A stretch of 63,323 nt of DNA, the filler included, from Octopus bimaculoides (taxonomy: Eukaryota): assembly GCF_001194135.2 (NCBI RefSeq). It is 3 parts of 3 records of this genome, joined end to end, with 100 filler letters (N's around TTAATTAATTAA, not from the genome) between each part and the next. Parts side by side here need not be neighbours in the genome. Positions count along the whole stretch, not along the records: positions 1 to 29,792 come from NC_068995.1; 2 more parts are not named here. The stretch is one strand, 5' to 3'. The notes under the pieces are model-generated. The model did no database searches. It saw nothing but the letters and a program-made list of their open reading frames with translations, and had not been told where the DNA came from. This document shows, in pieces, positions 1 through 12,423 of this stretch (positions within the stretch are counted from its first letter, which is position 1; every line of letters begins with the position of its first letter). The position numbers and the translations under genes are program-made.

Positions 1-37
<37 letters not shown>

Positions 38-39
<2 letters not shown>

Positions 40-228
40 GAGAATATACAAATAATAACAACAGACGAGGACAGGTGGTGTAAATAACAAAAGTATATAT
101 TAGTATGACGCTCGGGAATACGGAAAGTCTTTGACGTTTCGAGCTACGCTCTTCAACAGAAAGAATACGGAGACAAGGAGAAAAACACGGAGAAAAAAAA
201 TTGAATAGTGTTCAGTCAACGGTCATAT
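38..228 (-). mobile_element. Short non-autonomous hammerhead-bearing repeat (Penelope-like terminal repeat or retrozyme-like) inserted in (TA)n
   Basis: About 190 bp of unique sequence with (TA)n on both sides; contains the hammerhead fold at 128-164. Confidence 0.7.
128..164 (-). ncRNA. Minimal type I hammerhead ribozyme, core variant CUGUUGA
   Basis: Minus strand reads UCUUU-CUGUUGA-A-GAGC-GUA-GCUC-GAAAC-GUC-AAAGA: 5-bp stem I, 4-bp stem II, palindromic ACGU helix III, GUC cleavage triplet. Confidence 0.75.
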
Positions 229-264
229 ATATAATATCTATGTATATATTTGTGCCTTTGTGTC

Positions 265-405
265 TATGTTTGTTCTCCCCACCATTGCTTGACAACTGAT
301 GTTGGGTGTGTTTACATCCTTGTAACCTAGCAGTTTGGCAAAAGAGACCAATAGAATAAGTACCAGGCTTACATAGAATAAATTTGTTGTAGTATGGTCT
401 CTACA
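265..405 (+). mobile_element. SINE family A, 3' part
   Basis: Matches the tail of the younger copy at 58592-58923 (gcttgacaac..gatg..ggtgtgtttac..aaaagagacc.atagaataagtac.aggcttaca). Confidence 0.75.
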
Positions 406-717
406 CCTGGAAGCCCATCCTAATGTCAACCACTTTAGAGAGTGTACTGGGTGCTTCTTATGTGATACCTGCACAAGTGCTTTTTACATGGCACCAGCAC
501 CTGATATCCTGGTCCTTTGTCATCTCCTTCATAAGCCTCAGTGGCTTGAGATTGGCCTTCAGTACTTTGTCCTATGTCTTCCTGGGTCTCCATCTTCCGC
601 AAGTTCCTTCCACTTTAAGTGATCAGCACTTCTCTATGCAACTGTCTATGTATGTATTGCATATATATCATCATCTCATTTAATGTCCATGTTCCATGCT
701 AGCATGGGTGGGATGGT

Positions 718-720
<3 letters not shown>
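405..720 (-). mobile_element. SINE family C (RTE-type 3' tail), degenerate
   Basis: cccatccta..ccaaccactttagagagtgtactggg and ttccatgctagcatggg match the reverse complement of the young copy at 29492-29792. Confidence 0.6.
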
Positions 721-750
<30 letters not shown>

Positions 751-1730
751 NNNNNNNNNNNNNNNNNNNNNNNNNNNNNNNNNNNNNNNNNNNNNNNNNN
801 NNNNNNNNNNNNNNNNNNNNNNNNNNNNNNNNNNNNNNNNNNNNNNNNNNNNNNNNNNNNNNNNNNNNNNNNNNNNNNNNNNNNNNNNNNNNNNNNNNNN
901 NNNNNNNNNNNNNNNNNNNNNNNNNNNNNNNNNNNNNNNNNNNNNNNNNNNNNNNNNNNNNNNNNNNNNNNNNNNNNNNNNNNNNNNNNNNNNNNNNNNN
1001 NNNNNNNNNNNNNNNNNNNNNNNNNNNNNNNNNNNNNNNNNNNNNNNNNNNNNNNNNNNNNNNNNNNNNNNNNNNNNNNNNNNNNNNNNNNNNNNNNNNN
1101 NNNNNNNNNNNNNNNNNNNNNNNNNNNNNNNNNNNNNNNNNNNNNNNNNNNNNNNNNNNNNNNNNNNNNNNNNNNNNNNNNNNNNNNNNNNNNNNNNNNN
1201 NNNNNNNNNNNNNNNNNNNNNNNNNNNNNNNNNNNNNNNNNNNNNNNNNNNNNNNNNNNNNNNNNNNNNNNNNNNNNNNNNNNNNNNNNNNNNNNNNNNN
1301 NNNNNNNNNNNNNNNNNNNNNNNNNNNNNNNNNNNNNNNNNNNNNNNNNNNNNNNNNNNNNNNNNNNNNNNNNNNNNNNNNNNNNNNNNNNNNNNNNNNN
1401 NNNNNNNNNNNNNNNNNNNNNNNNNNNNNNNNNNNNNNNNNNNNNNNNNNNNNNNNNNNNNNNNNNNNNNNNNNNNNNNNNNNNNNNNNNNNNNNNNNNN
1501 NNNNNNNNNNNNNNNNNNNNNNNNNNNNNNNNNNNNNNNNNNNNNNNNNNNNNNNNNNNNNNNNNNNNNNNNNNNNNNNNNNNNNNNNNNNNNNNNNNNN
1601 NNNNNNNNNNNNNNNNNNNNNNNNNNNNNNNNNNNNNNNNNNNNNNNNNNNNNNNNNNNNNNNNNNNNNNNNNNNNNNNNNNNNNNNNNNNNNNNNNNNN
1701 NNNNNNNNNNNNNNNNNNNNNNNNNNNNNN

Positions 1731-1890
1731 GTGTGGTAAAAAGCTTGCTTCCCAATAACATGGCTCTGGTTCAGTCCCAATGCCTGGCACTTTGGGCAAA
1801 AGTCTTCTACTACAGCCTTGGGCCAACCCAAACCTTGCGAGTGGATCTGGTAGACAGAAACTGAAAAACTTTCCAACTGGCTTCTTTCAG
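1731..1890 (+). mobile_element. SINE family A, tRNA-like head
   Basis: gtgtggtaaaaagcttgcttccca..ggttcagtcccaatgc.tggcac.ttgggca matches 58592-58750; pol III A/B-box-like layout. Confidence 0.8.
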
Positions 1891-2329
1891 TTTCCATCTA
1901 GGATAGATAGATAGATAGATAGATAGATAGAGAGATAGATAGATGTGTGTGTGTGTGTGTGTGTGTGTACGTATGTATGTATGGCAGAGTTACAAATAGT
2001 AGAGAAGTTAAGGTCACTTGGCATCATGCCAAACCTGAGGGCAGCTAAATAATTAGTTTACTTCAAATTCATGGTTGAGTGACCATTAGAAAGATCATTA
2101 TCTGTACAAAATATTTGTTCCAACATCGCTCATTCTTTTAATTTTGTCTTACACTTATTTTTTAACGGGGTCCAGTTGACTGAAAGGAAGTGCAATGGAG
2201 ATAGAGTGAGAGAAAAAGAGAGACAGTATAAGTGATTGTGTATAAGTTGTACTGTGTAACAAATAATAATGTTTTAACTAATAATAGTCACCCCAACTTG
2301 TGTATCACTTCCCCTGTTATTAGGCGCGG

Positions 2330-2500
2330 TTTGGGGTTGTACTTCACCATTCTAGATTATGGCATGCTGGTACAGATTAACTGCACTCAATTATGAAAAG
2401 CAGAATTGGCTTCAGATGGATTTAAACCCAGAATGTAACGAACCAAAACAAATATATCAGGGCGCTTGTCCGAACTACAAATGATTTTGCCAATTCACCA
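2330..2500 (-). mobile_element. SINE family B, degenerate
   Basis: ggatttaaacccagaatgtaacg and gattttgccaattcaccaccct match the reverse complement of the family B head. Confidence 0.6.
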
Positions 2501-3216
2501 CCCTTTATCTATGCAAATATCCAAAACTGGGTCAGAACCGGGAAACATACGAATTAGTCAAGGGAGATAACTGTGGAAACCTTTTTGGTTATTTTCTCAC
2601 TCGCACTTTATTCAATGAATGTTACATACATACACACACACACACACACACCACAACATTATGTACGTATGTGTTTCATATATATATATATATATATANN
2701 NNNNNNNNNNNNNNNNNNNNNNNNNNNNNNNNNNNNNNNNNNNNNNNNNNNNNNNNNNNNNNNNNNNNNNNNNNNNNNNNNNNNNNNNNNNNNNNNNNNN
2801 NNNNNNNNNNNNNNNNNNNNNNNATACATATGTATATATATCAACAGGGATATAATTACAGTGGTTCCATATGGCCCTTAGGCGTCCATATTAAAATTTG
2901 CTGTTAAAATTTATGTGCAATAAATTGCTTATACTTCTACAGTACACAAAATATTTTAACATATTTTTTTATAAAATTTCTAGCAATATTTAATTATAAA
3001 AATAGAATAGAACATCAAATGGCTATGAAGGTCCACCAAAGTAAAATAGGAATGAAAGGAGTGCATAGGTAAAAAAAATCTTTCATGTATGCATATTGAT
3101 AAATACAATACAGATGTAAATATATAACAGCCTCAAGACATCCACAGATATTTACACATTTATAATTATACAAAGTTTATACAAAAACTCAGTGGTAATT
3201 ACATTAACTGTGAAGA

Positions 3217-5285
3217 CTAGATTTCTTTTAAAGAAACAGATGTTAAATAAGGTATCACCTGAAAGACCACCAATATAAACTTCACTCAAATATGAAAAGT
3301 TTTCAAGTAAAATTTGATTGAATTATATCTAGATATCTCTTAATATTTATATGCATATGTCATATATGCATATACATACAGCACATGAACTTCTCTTACA
3401 ATTTTTGTTACATTCATAATTAAGGATGTTATCAGCAAAAGCTTGTAAAGTTTCATCTTTGAGTACCCAACTCTTTAGCAATATCTTTTACAATCAATTT
3501 AGGTGAAGCTGGAAGAATTTCTGTATTCTCCAGCTTGTTCTTATTCTCATAGCAACAGTTCCTTGTTAGATAAACTTTCTCTATGGGATATTAGCAGCAC
3601 AACAACATTATTTGCTATGACTTCTTTAAACCTTACATCACTCGCAAGTGTCATATTATCTTTCCAAGGTTTATGTAAGCTTTCTGCTTGTAGAAATCTT
3701 GCAAAGCCAGAGATACAGTCTGACCATATATATTTTCTACGTACCATTCACTTCTTTTCATGACTCAGCTATACTTCACACAGTATCCATTTTTACTGGT
3801 TTATCATTCATGTCAATTGCTTTTGTAAGTTGTTTGAAAGATATCTTAAAGTATCAACTCCAGATTTTCAGACTGATACATGAGTAATATCATTTCACCA
3901 GTGGCATTCCCTCTCAGAAATCTAGAAAAGTGCAGTGTCATCAATATTTTATACATGTTATGGTGTGTGACCCCTTTATCAACCACTTTTTTCAGCTGCT
4001 CAGGATAATTAATAGTAGCCTTTATATCCTCACTGGTAGCTTCACCAGTCATTTTTATGTTGTGCAAATTCAAACACTTCTTAATCCTTAGCATTTAATC
4101 TGGCCAAATATTCTACCTGTTTTATGTTCTACCTGGTCAGATCTAACCTCTTACACCTACTCAACATTTGTCATTCAAAACATAAACAGTAATGTCACTG
4201 AAATCATAAAGCTACCAAATAATGCATGTTTAATTCAAAATAATGTGAATAAATAAGAATTACATTTGACAGAATAATCTGAATGCTAAAGGTTTAAACC
4301 TTTTAAACCAGCATTGTGACTGATTTTTTCTCCTGCATGAAGCCTTCCTAAAACATCAAATTTAATATCCAGTGTAATCCATTTAACAGTCCACTTTCAC
4401 ACTACTACCTTCAGTTCCACTAAATGGCTTCTTTCCAGACATCTTGAACTTTAGGTAAACCCAACAGTAGCAGCAATCCATAATTATCCACAACAAATAT
4501 GTAGTAAAACTTTTGCACAAGGAAAGTACCATTTAGTGAGAGTAAAAGTTACTGTCTTATTCCTATAGATGTAAGACTGACAATGAGAAAATGAAGGGAT
4601 GAAATGGGAGCAAGTACAGTATGATTATAGTTAGTGATAGTGGGGATATTGTTTGTGATAGTGGTGGTTTTATGGTTCTTATCTATTTTATTGTTGTTGT
4701 TGTTTAGTCTCAAACGAGTCCTCATTGACTGAAGATTGAAACATCTTTTTCAAGTTTTAAAATACACCAGGACACCGCATCATCTTATGTGATCGTCTTT
4801 TATTTTCTGTGGGGTTGCTTACTTTGGTCATATTATTGCTGCTGATTTTGTTAGTTAATAAGGTATTAAACAAAGAGTAAAAGTTATTAAAGCATTGATA
4901 TATTGGTAATGGAAGTGGTTGTATTAGTTTCGATGTTGATATGGTGGCTGTTTGGTGAAGGCTTATACACACATGTATATAGTGGTGCAGGCATCACTGT
5001 GTGGTAAGAAATTTGCCTCACATCCACATGGTCCTGAGTTCAGTGCCACTGTGTGGCACCTTGGTTAAGTATCTTCTGCTACATCCCAAGGCTGACCGAA
5101 GTCTTGTGAGTGGATTTGGTAGGTGGAAACTGAGAGAAGTATGTGTGTGTGTATATATATAAAAAATAGTAACAGTGTTCTGTGTGGAACAGCCTTGTTG
5201 AGGTAGTAACAACTGTTACTTTTCAGTAGAGTTACTACTTGCATCTTGTATAGAGATTTTAGAGCTAGCTACTTTGCTGGATATG

Positions 5286-5316
<31 letters not shown>

Positions 5317-5413
5317 NNNNNNNNNNNNNNNNNNNNNNNNNNNNNNNNNNNNNNNNNNNNNNNNNNNNATATACACACACACACACATACATTTATATAT
5401 ACACACACACACA

Positions 5414-5445
<32 letters not shown>

Positions 5446-6070
5446 GATATATATATATAGGGAGAGAGAGAGATTACACATATATATATATATGTATGTG
5501 TTTGTGTCTTCTTGTCTTGACATCATGTGATAGTTGTAAATGATTATCACTGTCATACAAGCAGTGTTGTTATTCACCAGGCATGGGGAACTATTACCTG
5601 ACTTGAAGGCAGTAGCTGGTAGAATCGTTGGCACGCTGGGCAGAATGTCACTAAACATTCTGCCCATCTTGAAGTTCAGAGTTCAAATTCCACTGAGGCC
5701 AACCTTACCTTTCATCCTTTCAAAGTTGATGAAATAATTGACTTACCCAACCCCCTGTACTTGCTGGCCTTGTGCCAAAATTTTAAACCAATATTACCTT
5801 GCCTGGAAATAGGTGAGAATTGGTGACAGGAAAGGCATCTGAATATAGACATTGTCACAATAAAATAATTCAACTTTGTCCAACCCATGCAAACATGGAA
5901 AAGTAAATGTTAAAATAATGATGATAATGATATATACATACATACTTAGAAGGTTGTTTGTTATGGCTAGTTAGTGAGTGACTGTTGGTTTTGCAACTAT
6001 AAATATCTTAGCTGTACAGGCAACTCGTCAGACTTGTTGGCCAGAGGCACATAACTTCTATCTCTCTCTC

Positions 6071-6106
<36 letters not shown>

Positions 6107-6116
6107 NNNNNNNNNN

Positions 6117-6156
<40 letters not shown>

Positions 6157-6884
6157 TATTGAAATTAACATCAATATCCTCGAAAATATACGTTAACACA
6201 ACGTTATCATGCTTATCCAATATTAGTGAAATACAAATTGAACATTTAAAATATTTACCAATTGACAAAATTATTGTATACAGAGCTCAGTTGCAGAACT
6301 CATCAGAATAATTAACCAAAACTGCATGAACAGTACAAAGAATATACAAAGGAAGTGAACAGTGATTATTAAGGCATAAAAAGAAATTAATAAATAACAA
6401 TGCACCCACTTTCTCTAAACTTGCTGTCATAAGAAGTATTGCACGCAGAACTGAGCGCAAGCGACAATAATATATTTATACTACAGTTGATTACGTCCCT
6501 TGAAATAGAGATTGTAAGAGTTACTTCCCATGGAGCGAATAATTCTTTTCAACTCAATTCAGTGCATTGTATGATGAGTGGCACATACAATTTGATATAG
6601 GTTACGTTGCTTGTCTCTGAGCTAACATAAGTCAACTGCTATTCTACGCAAGGCATTTTTCTTGCTAGAAATAGCAACCAAAATTTCCTTAAAATTACTT
6701 ACTCTCTGCCATCTTTGCAAAGGAAGAACCTACGACAGAAGGTAGTACTAGATATGCAGAATAACAGAATAAATACGATTCGAATGTTTTGATGATAAGT
6801 TTACTCGATTAGAGCCAACCTGGGTTGATAAAAACAACAATAGTTTTCCATGAATGTTCTTTATTTACAACCTTACTCGTCCAT
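3217..6884 (-). CDS. Candidate four-exon small ORF (exons 6884-6877, 6747-6703, 4841-4823, 3258-3217) giving MDDTTFCRRFFLCKDGRDSNNMTKVIPYLTSVSLKEI
   Basis: Donors GTAAGG, GTAAGT and GTAAGC, pyrimidine-rich TAG/CAG acceptors, and phases 2-2-0 that join into one open frame. No homology recognised; could be non-coding or chance. Confidence 0.3.
3450..4450 (-). mobile_element. Tigger/pogo-family DNA transposase fossil
   Basis: Fragments MSGKKPFSG, NLHNIKMTGEATSEDIKATINYPEQLKKVVDKG, RGNATGE and LSNKELLL resemble Tigger/TIGD1 CENP-B and DDE_1 segments; many stops and frameshifts. Confidence 0.75.
4995..5150 (+). mobile_element. SINE family A head
   Basis: gtgtggtaagaaatttgc..catggtcctgagttcagtgccactgtgtggcaccttgg..gtgagtggatttggtag. 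Confidence 0.8.
5605..5930 (+). mobile_element. SINE family B followed by a family C tail
   Basis: aaggcagtagctggtagaatcgttggcacgctgggc..gttcaaattccactgagg, then ccaacccatgcaaacatggaaaag..(gat)n. Confidence 0.7.
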
Positions 6885-7130
6885 TAGTCAGGTATAAGCT
6901 TCACGATCAAAGACATCAGAAAAAAAAGAAAAGAAAATAATGAGAACCTTGTTACATTTGAAAAATACTATAAATATCCGAAAACCATATCCACAACACG
7001 AACTTATAGAGAAAAAGAGGAAACTAAAACTTCCATTGTTAACAAATTCCTGCTGACCTTTCATGACAACTGCACCACAAGAGATGCCTGAAAGCAAAAC
7101 AATTCTCGATACCCTACATATTGGATTGCT
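6000..7130. promoter_or_regulatory. CpG-retaining patch, putative unmethylated promoter region
   Basis: Hand count of about 20 CpG here versus about 4 in the next 1.1 kb; coincides with the candidate first exons at 6703-6884. Confidence 0.4.
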
Positions 7131-7139
7131 TTTCATATA

Positions 7140-7330
7140 GCATCATCATCTAATGTCTGTTGGCATGGATTGAACAGTTTGATAGGATTTAGCAATCTGC
7201 ACAAGTGTCAGCTTTGGCATGTTTTCTATGGCTGAATGCCCTTCCTAATGCCACCCACTTTACAGAGTGTACTAGGTGCTTTTTATGTGCCACCAGCACA
7301 AGTGAGTCACCAAGTAAATTGCAAGACAAA
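7140..7330 (-). mobile_element. SINE family C
   Basis: (cat)n, then atggctgaatgcccttcctaatgccacccactttacagagtgtactaggtgc. Confidence 0.7.
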
Positions 7331-7694
7331 AAGGAAACAGGAAAGAGAAAAGATCCCATGACTAAAGGAGGCAGAGGTGACTTTATGCCAGATAGTGTGA
7401 GGCTAAAGTATGATAAAGAGACAAGCAAAGGTGTCTTGCTGTAGAGGAGACACATGGCTTAGAGTGATTAGCAGTATTTGGGATGATGAAGATAAAGATG
7501 GTAATAATGGTATGCCAGAGCAAACTCTCAGGGTTGGTGAGCATAAGAGAGGATACAGTCTGTGAATTGGGTGATGAGAAGGGAAGGGTGGGTAGATTCA
7601 TATGAATGTGAGGAGAGAATTAATCTTTTTTGTACCAGCATTCTAGTTTTTTCTTAGTTTCTTATCCAATCAGTAAAACATGTTTCTCTGTAAT

Positions 7695-8010
7695 TGTGTA
7701 TGGCTTAGTGGTTAGGGTATTTGGCTCACAATCGTAACATTGTGAGTTTGATTCCTGGCCATGCCTTGAGTCCTTGAGCAAGATACTTTATTTCACATTG
7801 CTCCAGTCCTCTCAGCTGGCAAAAGTGAGTTGTACTGTTGTACCTGTATTTTGAAGGACGAGCTTTGTCACAGTCTGTGTCATGCTGAATCTTCTTGTGA
7901 ACTATGTTAAGGGTACATGTGTCTGTGGAGTGCTCAGCCACTTGCACATTAACTTCACAAGCAGGCTGTTCCATTGATCAGATCAACTGGAATCTTCATC
8001 ATAACCACTT
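7695..8010 (+). mobile_element. SINE family D (tRNA-like head plus conserved central domain)
   Basis: atggcttagtggttagg..gtttgattcc head followed by gagtccttgagcaagatactttatttcacattgctccagtcc; a related copy lies at 41222-41470. Confidence 0.7.
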
Positions 8011-9218
8011 TTACTAAAAATTTCTCAACATGATCATCCTACGCATTCCCACTTGTTACCCTACATTGTATACTAATCCATTTGCTTAATCTTTCTTTCT
8101 TGTAACCTCATCTCTTTGTAACATATTCTTTTACTATGGTTCTCTATAGTAACTAAACCTCAAACCAAATAAATTTCACTGTGAGTGAGCAAAAACAGAT
8201 ACAGCCACTGTCCTTTTTCGTTGACTAATCAACAAAGAAAATAACCACCCCACAACTGCTTAGATTTAGAATCTTAATGGTTAGCAATTATATTAAGCTG
8301 ACTAAGTATTGTAAAATAATTGAAGAAACTATTTAAAAAGTAAACAGACACAGGCATAACTGTGCAGTTAAGAAGCTCATTTCAAATCTACATGGCTTCA
8401 GATTTGATCCTACTGTGTGACACTGTTGGAAGTGTTTTCTACTACAGCCTTGGGTTGACTAATACCTTGTAAGTGAAATTTGGTAAACACCATCAAATAT
8501 GCATATGTGTGTGTTTGTCTGTATGTCTTTGCATTGACACCACTTGGGCAGTGACGATGTTTGTCTTGCATAAAGAATAAGTTTGGTAACCTAACTTGTT
8601 GAAATAAAGTGAAATAAAGTACCTTACTTGAAAACAATTAATAGTTGGCAACAGAAAGGACATCAAGCCATATAATATTACCTCAATAAGTCTCATACAA
8701 CCAATACAAGCATGAAAAATTGAAATGTAAAACTAGAAGGAAATGCATCGTCATTATATTGATCTTTGTTGGTGTTGTGTATATCCAGTAAGATCTGCTT
8801 GGGTAGACTTATACCATGAAGTTTATTAAAATGAATGGTTGGAACCAACACAAACGTCTGGAGTATTGATTTAAATTACTAGTACTATAGCTATATTTAT
8901 TATGACTAATTTATTAGTATGGAGCCAACTCTCTTAAAATATACATTTTATTTGAAGTCCCTATTTTAAGAATGGTAGTAGTTTGATGTTATAAACAGGC
9001 AGAGTGACAGCATAAGATCCCTCATTGCACCAACATAGAAGACCCTTTGCTATTGCCTCTTTTGGAAGGGATCCAGATGTGAAAGTCTGTTACTTAGGTG
9101 AATCTTGTTATGCTATTTTTATAAGATGTGTAAAGATGTAAAATATATATCACATTACAATCCTATTTGCTTTTCTGTTTCTCTTTCAATTACTTCTAAT
9201 GCTCTACTTATCTAACAG

Positions 9219-9230
9219 AGACAGCTTGAA
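9219..9230 (+). other. Candidate 12-nt microexon (AGACAGCTTGAA)
   Basis: Long pyrimidine tract with CTAAT and TGC, then CTAACAG acceptor and GTAAGA donor; frame-preserving length. Confidence 0.25.
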
Positions 9231-9439
9231 GTAAGAATACCCTAAGAAACCAGTTGATCTTATGCAGGCTAAATGTTCAACTGCCTTCTACAATGAAAAC
9301 GGTCAGATATTGCAGTTTGCAAAGTATTTACCGTCATAGCAGAAATTCAATCAATTCTACTGCTATTATAATAGGATCAACTACCAATACTTGGCAGTCA
9401 GTTTTTATCCTGTTTTCTGAGGCTGGATTGCTGCAATGT

Positions 9440-11175
9440 ATAGCAGCGTCTCCTTGGTAGTTTGGGTGAATGGTTACTCATCAGAATCATTCAGCATCAT
9501 GCACTCAGTCTGTAAAAGGTGTCTCTTCTATTCTCTTCAACATGTACTGGCTCTAGAGTTACTACTGTGGAAATTGGAGGCATTGAGAGGCATCCTGCAC
9601 GAACTGAGACATGGGAGAACTATGTTGGCATATGTGGATGACGTCAGCATCATAGTGTTGAACACCAGGCACACAGACCTGATCAGCAAAGCTCTAAAAG
9701 AATATGAGATGATGACAGGAACAAAAAATTAAACAAGAAAAGTCAGTGAGCCTACAGCTTAGCACTGGGAGAGGCAGATCCATGCTGTTCAATAACATCA
9801 TGGGATGCTGGATGGAGGGACCAGTTAAATTTTTCAGAGTCTGGTTTTGTCCAGATCTCCAGATGGAGAAGAACTGGGATAAGTTTACAAGCAGGGTGGC
9901 CAGTCTCATCTAGAAATGGGCCCAGAGAATGCTGTCTCTGAAAAGTCAGACAGAGGTGGCAAATGCATACATCACTTCTGTTATATATTAATGCCTGACT
10001 GCTAACACATATTCTTCAGCTTTCTGAGGAGAGGACATATTCCACTGGTCAGGTGCTCCATTTGTTGTCAACACCTGCTGAATGGAAGACTGGAAATGCC
10101 ATAGCTGCTGATATGCAGACATGCATGGAGGCTACGATATCTTCAGTACTTCCTTGACAGTAAACAGGCATGATCACTGTTAGTCAGACTTACTCTTCCA
10201 CAGCTTGTCTCTCTGACAAAGCTTCAACCCTGGGTCAAAGCATTAACTGAGGCAGGGTGGCTGGCACCTAGAATGTCATCAGGTGCTCATAGTCCTCTGT
10301 CAGTTGGGCAATGCAGTTGGTGGAAGTTCCACTTTGGTGTTCTATAGAGGGCTAGTAGCGGGTAAGTGCAATACCATTCTCATGGAGACTCTGGTGTTGA
10401 TGAAAATCAACTGGCTGGTCTGTTCTAGAGGAATTTTGGGCCAGGGCCCATGAATAATTTCCAGAAATCCCTGGCTTGGCATTGCTACTAGGGAGCATTG
10501 CTGGTTTGGGATAAATTTTATAGGTATGGAAGTGCTGTCATCCAGATATGCCTGAGATGCACACAGAGTGAGGAACCTGTTCTGCATGCTCTCATCCAGT
10601 ACCTAAGCATTGCTAACTTGTGGGTTCATATCAAACACCTGCTGTCATGGGTAAAACGGATCTAACTCCTGGCTGAGTTCATTGTAAAGATTATCCTGCT
10701 ACCTTCCTTTAGCCAGGAAGGGCAGGCAGTGTTTTTTTGTCTGGTTGCCTAGCAAAAGAGGTTGTGTGATGAGCCAGATTGAAGACAGATACTTTCCTCG
10801 TAGCCAATATTTTAAGTTTTACTTGAAAAGGAAAGTGAGGGAAGAGAGGGAAGTGTTGCCTCCCAGCAATTTTATCAAAAGGTGGATGAATGCAGCAAGA
10901 ATGGTCTGAGTGAATGGGCCTACTCTAAGCATGCATCTGTAGATTGAAGGAAGACAATATGGAGGTGGCACTAGCCCGAGGGTGGCAGTGGTTTTGTGGG
11001 GTTTCAATGAACAGCCCTAGGAAGTCTCCCTCTTTTGGGGAATTTTTCACTGTTAGAATTTATATTGTTATCACTTTCACTGTTTACATGCTTCTATTTA
11101 TGCAACCTCCACATTGTATTGCCCTGTACTGTCCCCAATGTCTTTTGTGAATCCTTAGTGGTAAATAAAGAAACC
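9440..11175 (+). mobile_element. L1/Tx1-clade LINE fossil (RT C-terminal half to 3' UTR)
   Basis: LALELLLWKLEALRGI..MLAYVDDVSIIV (YxDD motif) and GPVKFFRVWFCPDLQMEKNWDK; frameshifted; AATAAA near 11165. Confidence 0.85.
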
Positions 11176-11469
11176 ACCATCATTATTTCTTTCTCCATAG
11201 ATAATATAGTTCAATTTTTACTTTCGATTTCACTGCATCTCTATAGTTACTCCCCCCGACACACACACCATTCCAGTTAGCTGATCAAGCCAAACAATTT
11301 CTAATCTTGGGTATATGTCTGTCTGTCTGTTTGTCTCAGTTTTTGTCAGTTTAACAATAATAAATAATTCGTATTTAGAATGATTGCCAAATGATTGATA
11401 CATTCTTAACTTCATACATGCTGAGCAAGGTCTATTTTCTGATGGACCATTCTTCACTGCCTCTTCCAT

Positions 11470-11507
<38 letters not shown>

Positions 11508-11509
11508 TT

Positions 11510-11636
11510 ATTATGAACACTTAATGTTTATTTTCCATGCTGGTATAGTTTGGACAGCTCGACAGGTTCCATAGTCTGTTTTGGCTTGGTTTCTACGACT
11601 GGATTCTCTTTCTAACACCAACCACTTTACAGAGTG
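11510..11636 (-). mobile_element. SINE family C tail
   Basis: ttttccatgctggtatag..gactggattctctttctaacaccaaccactttacagagtg. Confidence 0.65.
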
Positions 11637-11759
11637 NNNNNNNNNNNNNNNNNNNNNNNNNNNNNNNNNNNNNNNNNNNNNNNNNNNNNNNNNNNNNNNN
11701 NNNNNNNNNNNNNNNNNNNNNNNNNNNNNNNNNNNNNNNNNNNNNNNNNNNNNNNNNNN

Positions 11760-11791
<32 letters not shown>

Positions 11792-12338
11792 GATCCAGTA
11801 TGCAAAAACTGAGGTCTGAAAATAATTGGTGTAAAGTGTAAAACTCTGTTCCCTAGGAAAGTAGTGATGCTTTTCAAGTAGATTGCATAGTGTTTGTGTT
11901 TCTCTGCAGTATAGAACAAAATGAATCAGAAGATGTTTAAAAACGAGTTGCACTAACAACTACAGTGTTTGTAAGGCTAATAGATGAGGTATCTGCCAGC
12001 AGTGCAAAGTTAGATTGTGCAGTTACCAAATGGTTTAGAAGGTGTAAAGAAGGGTCATACAAACATCTACACAAGAAAACCAACACACATGATCAGGAGC
12101 AGACAAGTTATCAGCAAGCTGTGCAAAGTTAGACTGTACAACATCTATATTTTCTCAGTTGTAATATGTGATTTAGAAACATATTCTGAAATCTGAAGAC
12201 ACATGCAGACGTGTATCTTTTGAAATGCAATGTTTATGGTTGATAATTTGGGTATTATTACCAGGCAGGTGTTGAACTACTCCACGTAACATACGTCATT
12301 AACAAGATAATAAGGAGGAAGAAACAGGAAAAGCTTAC

Positions 12339-12423
12339 CCATACAATAATAAGACCAATCAGTAACTATGTAGTATTGGTTTCTGACAAGACATTCAAAA
12401 CCCCAGGCCATGTGGCAGACCAC
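12339..12423 (-). CDS. Candidate internal coding exon VVCHMAWGFECLVRNQYYIVTDWSYYCM(G)
   Basis: ctgctgtcctag acceptor and gtaagc donor, 85 nt, only one open frame; no homolog recognised. Confidence 0.35.

Noticed and set aside
6000-6032. CTGACGAG (minus strand, also at 6299 and 37272) as hammerhead cores
   Set aside because: No closing stem II followed by GAAA.
11910-11970. Plus-strand exons with strong acceptors (also near 8144 and 15098)
   Set aside because: All frames close. They could be UTR or terminal exons but cannot be supported from sequence alone.
12190-12230. CTGAAGA-acac..gtgt as a hammerhead
   Set aside because: GAAA is separated from the stem by 7 nt and stems I and III are absent.
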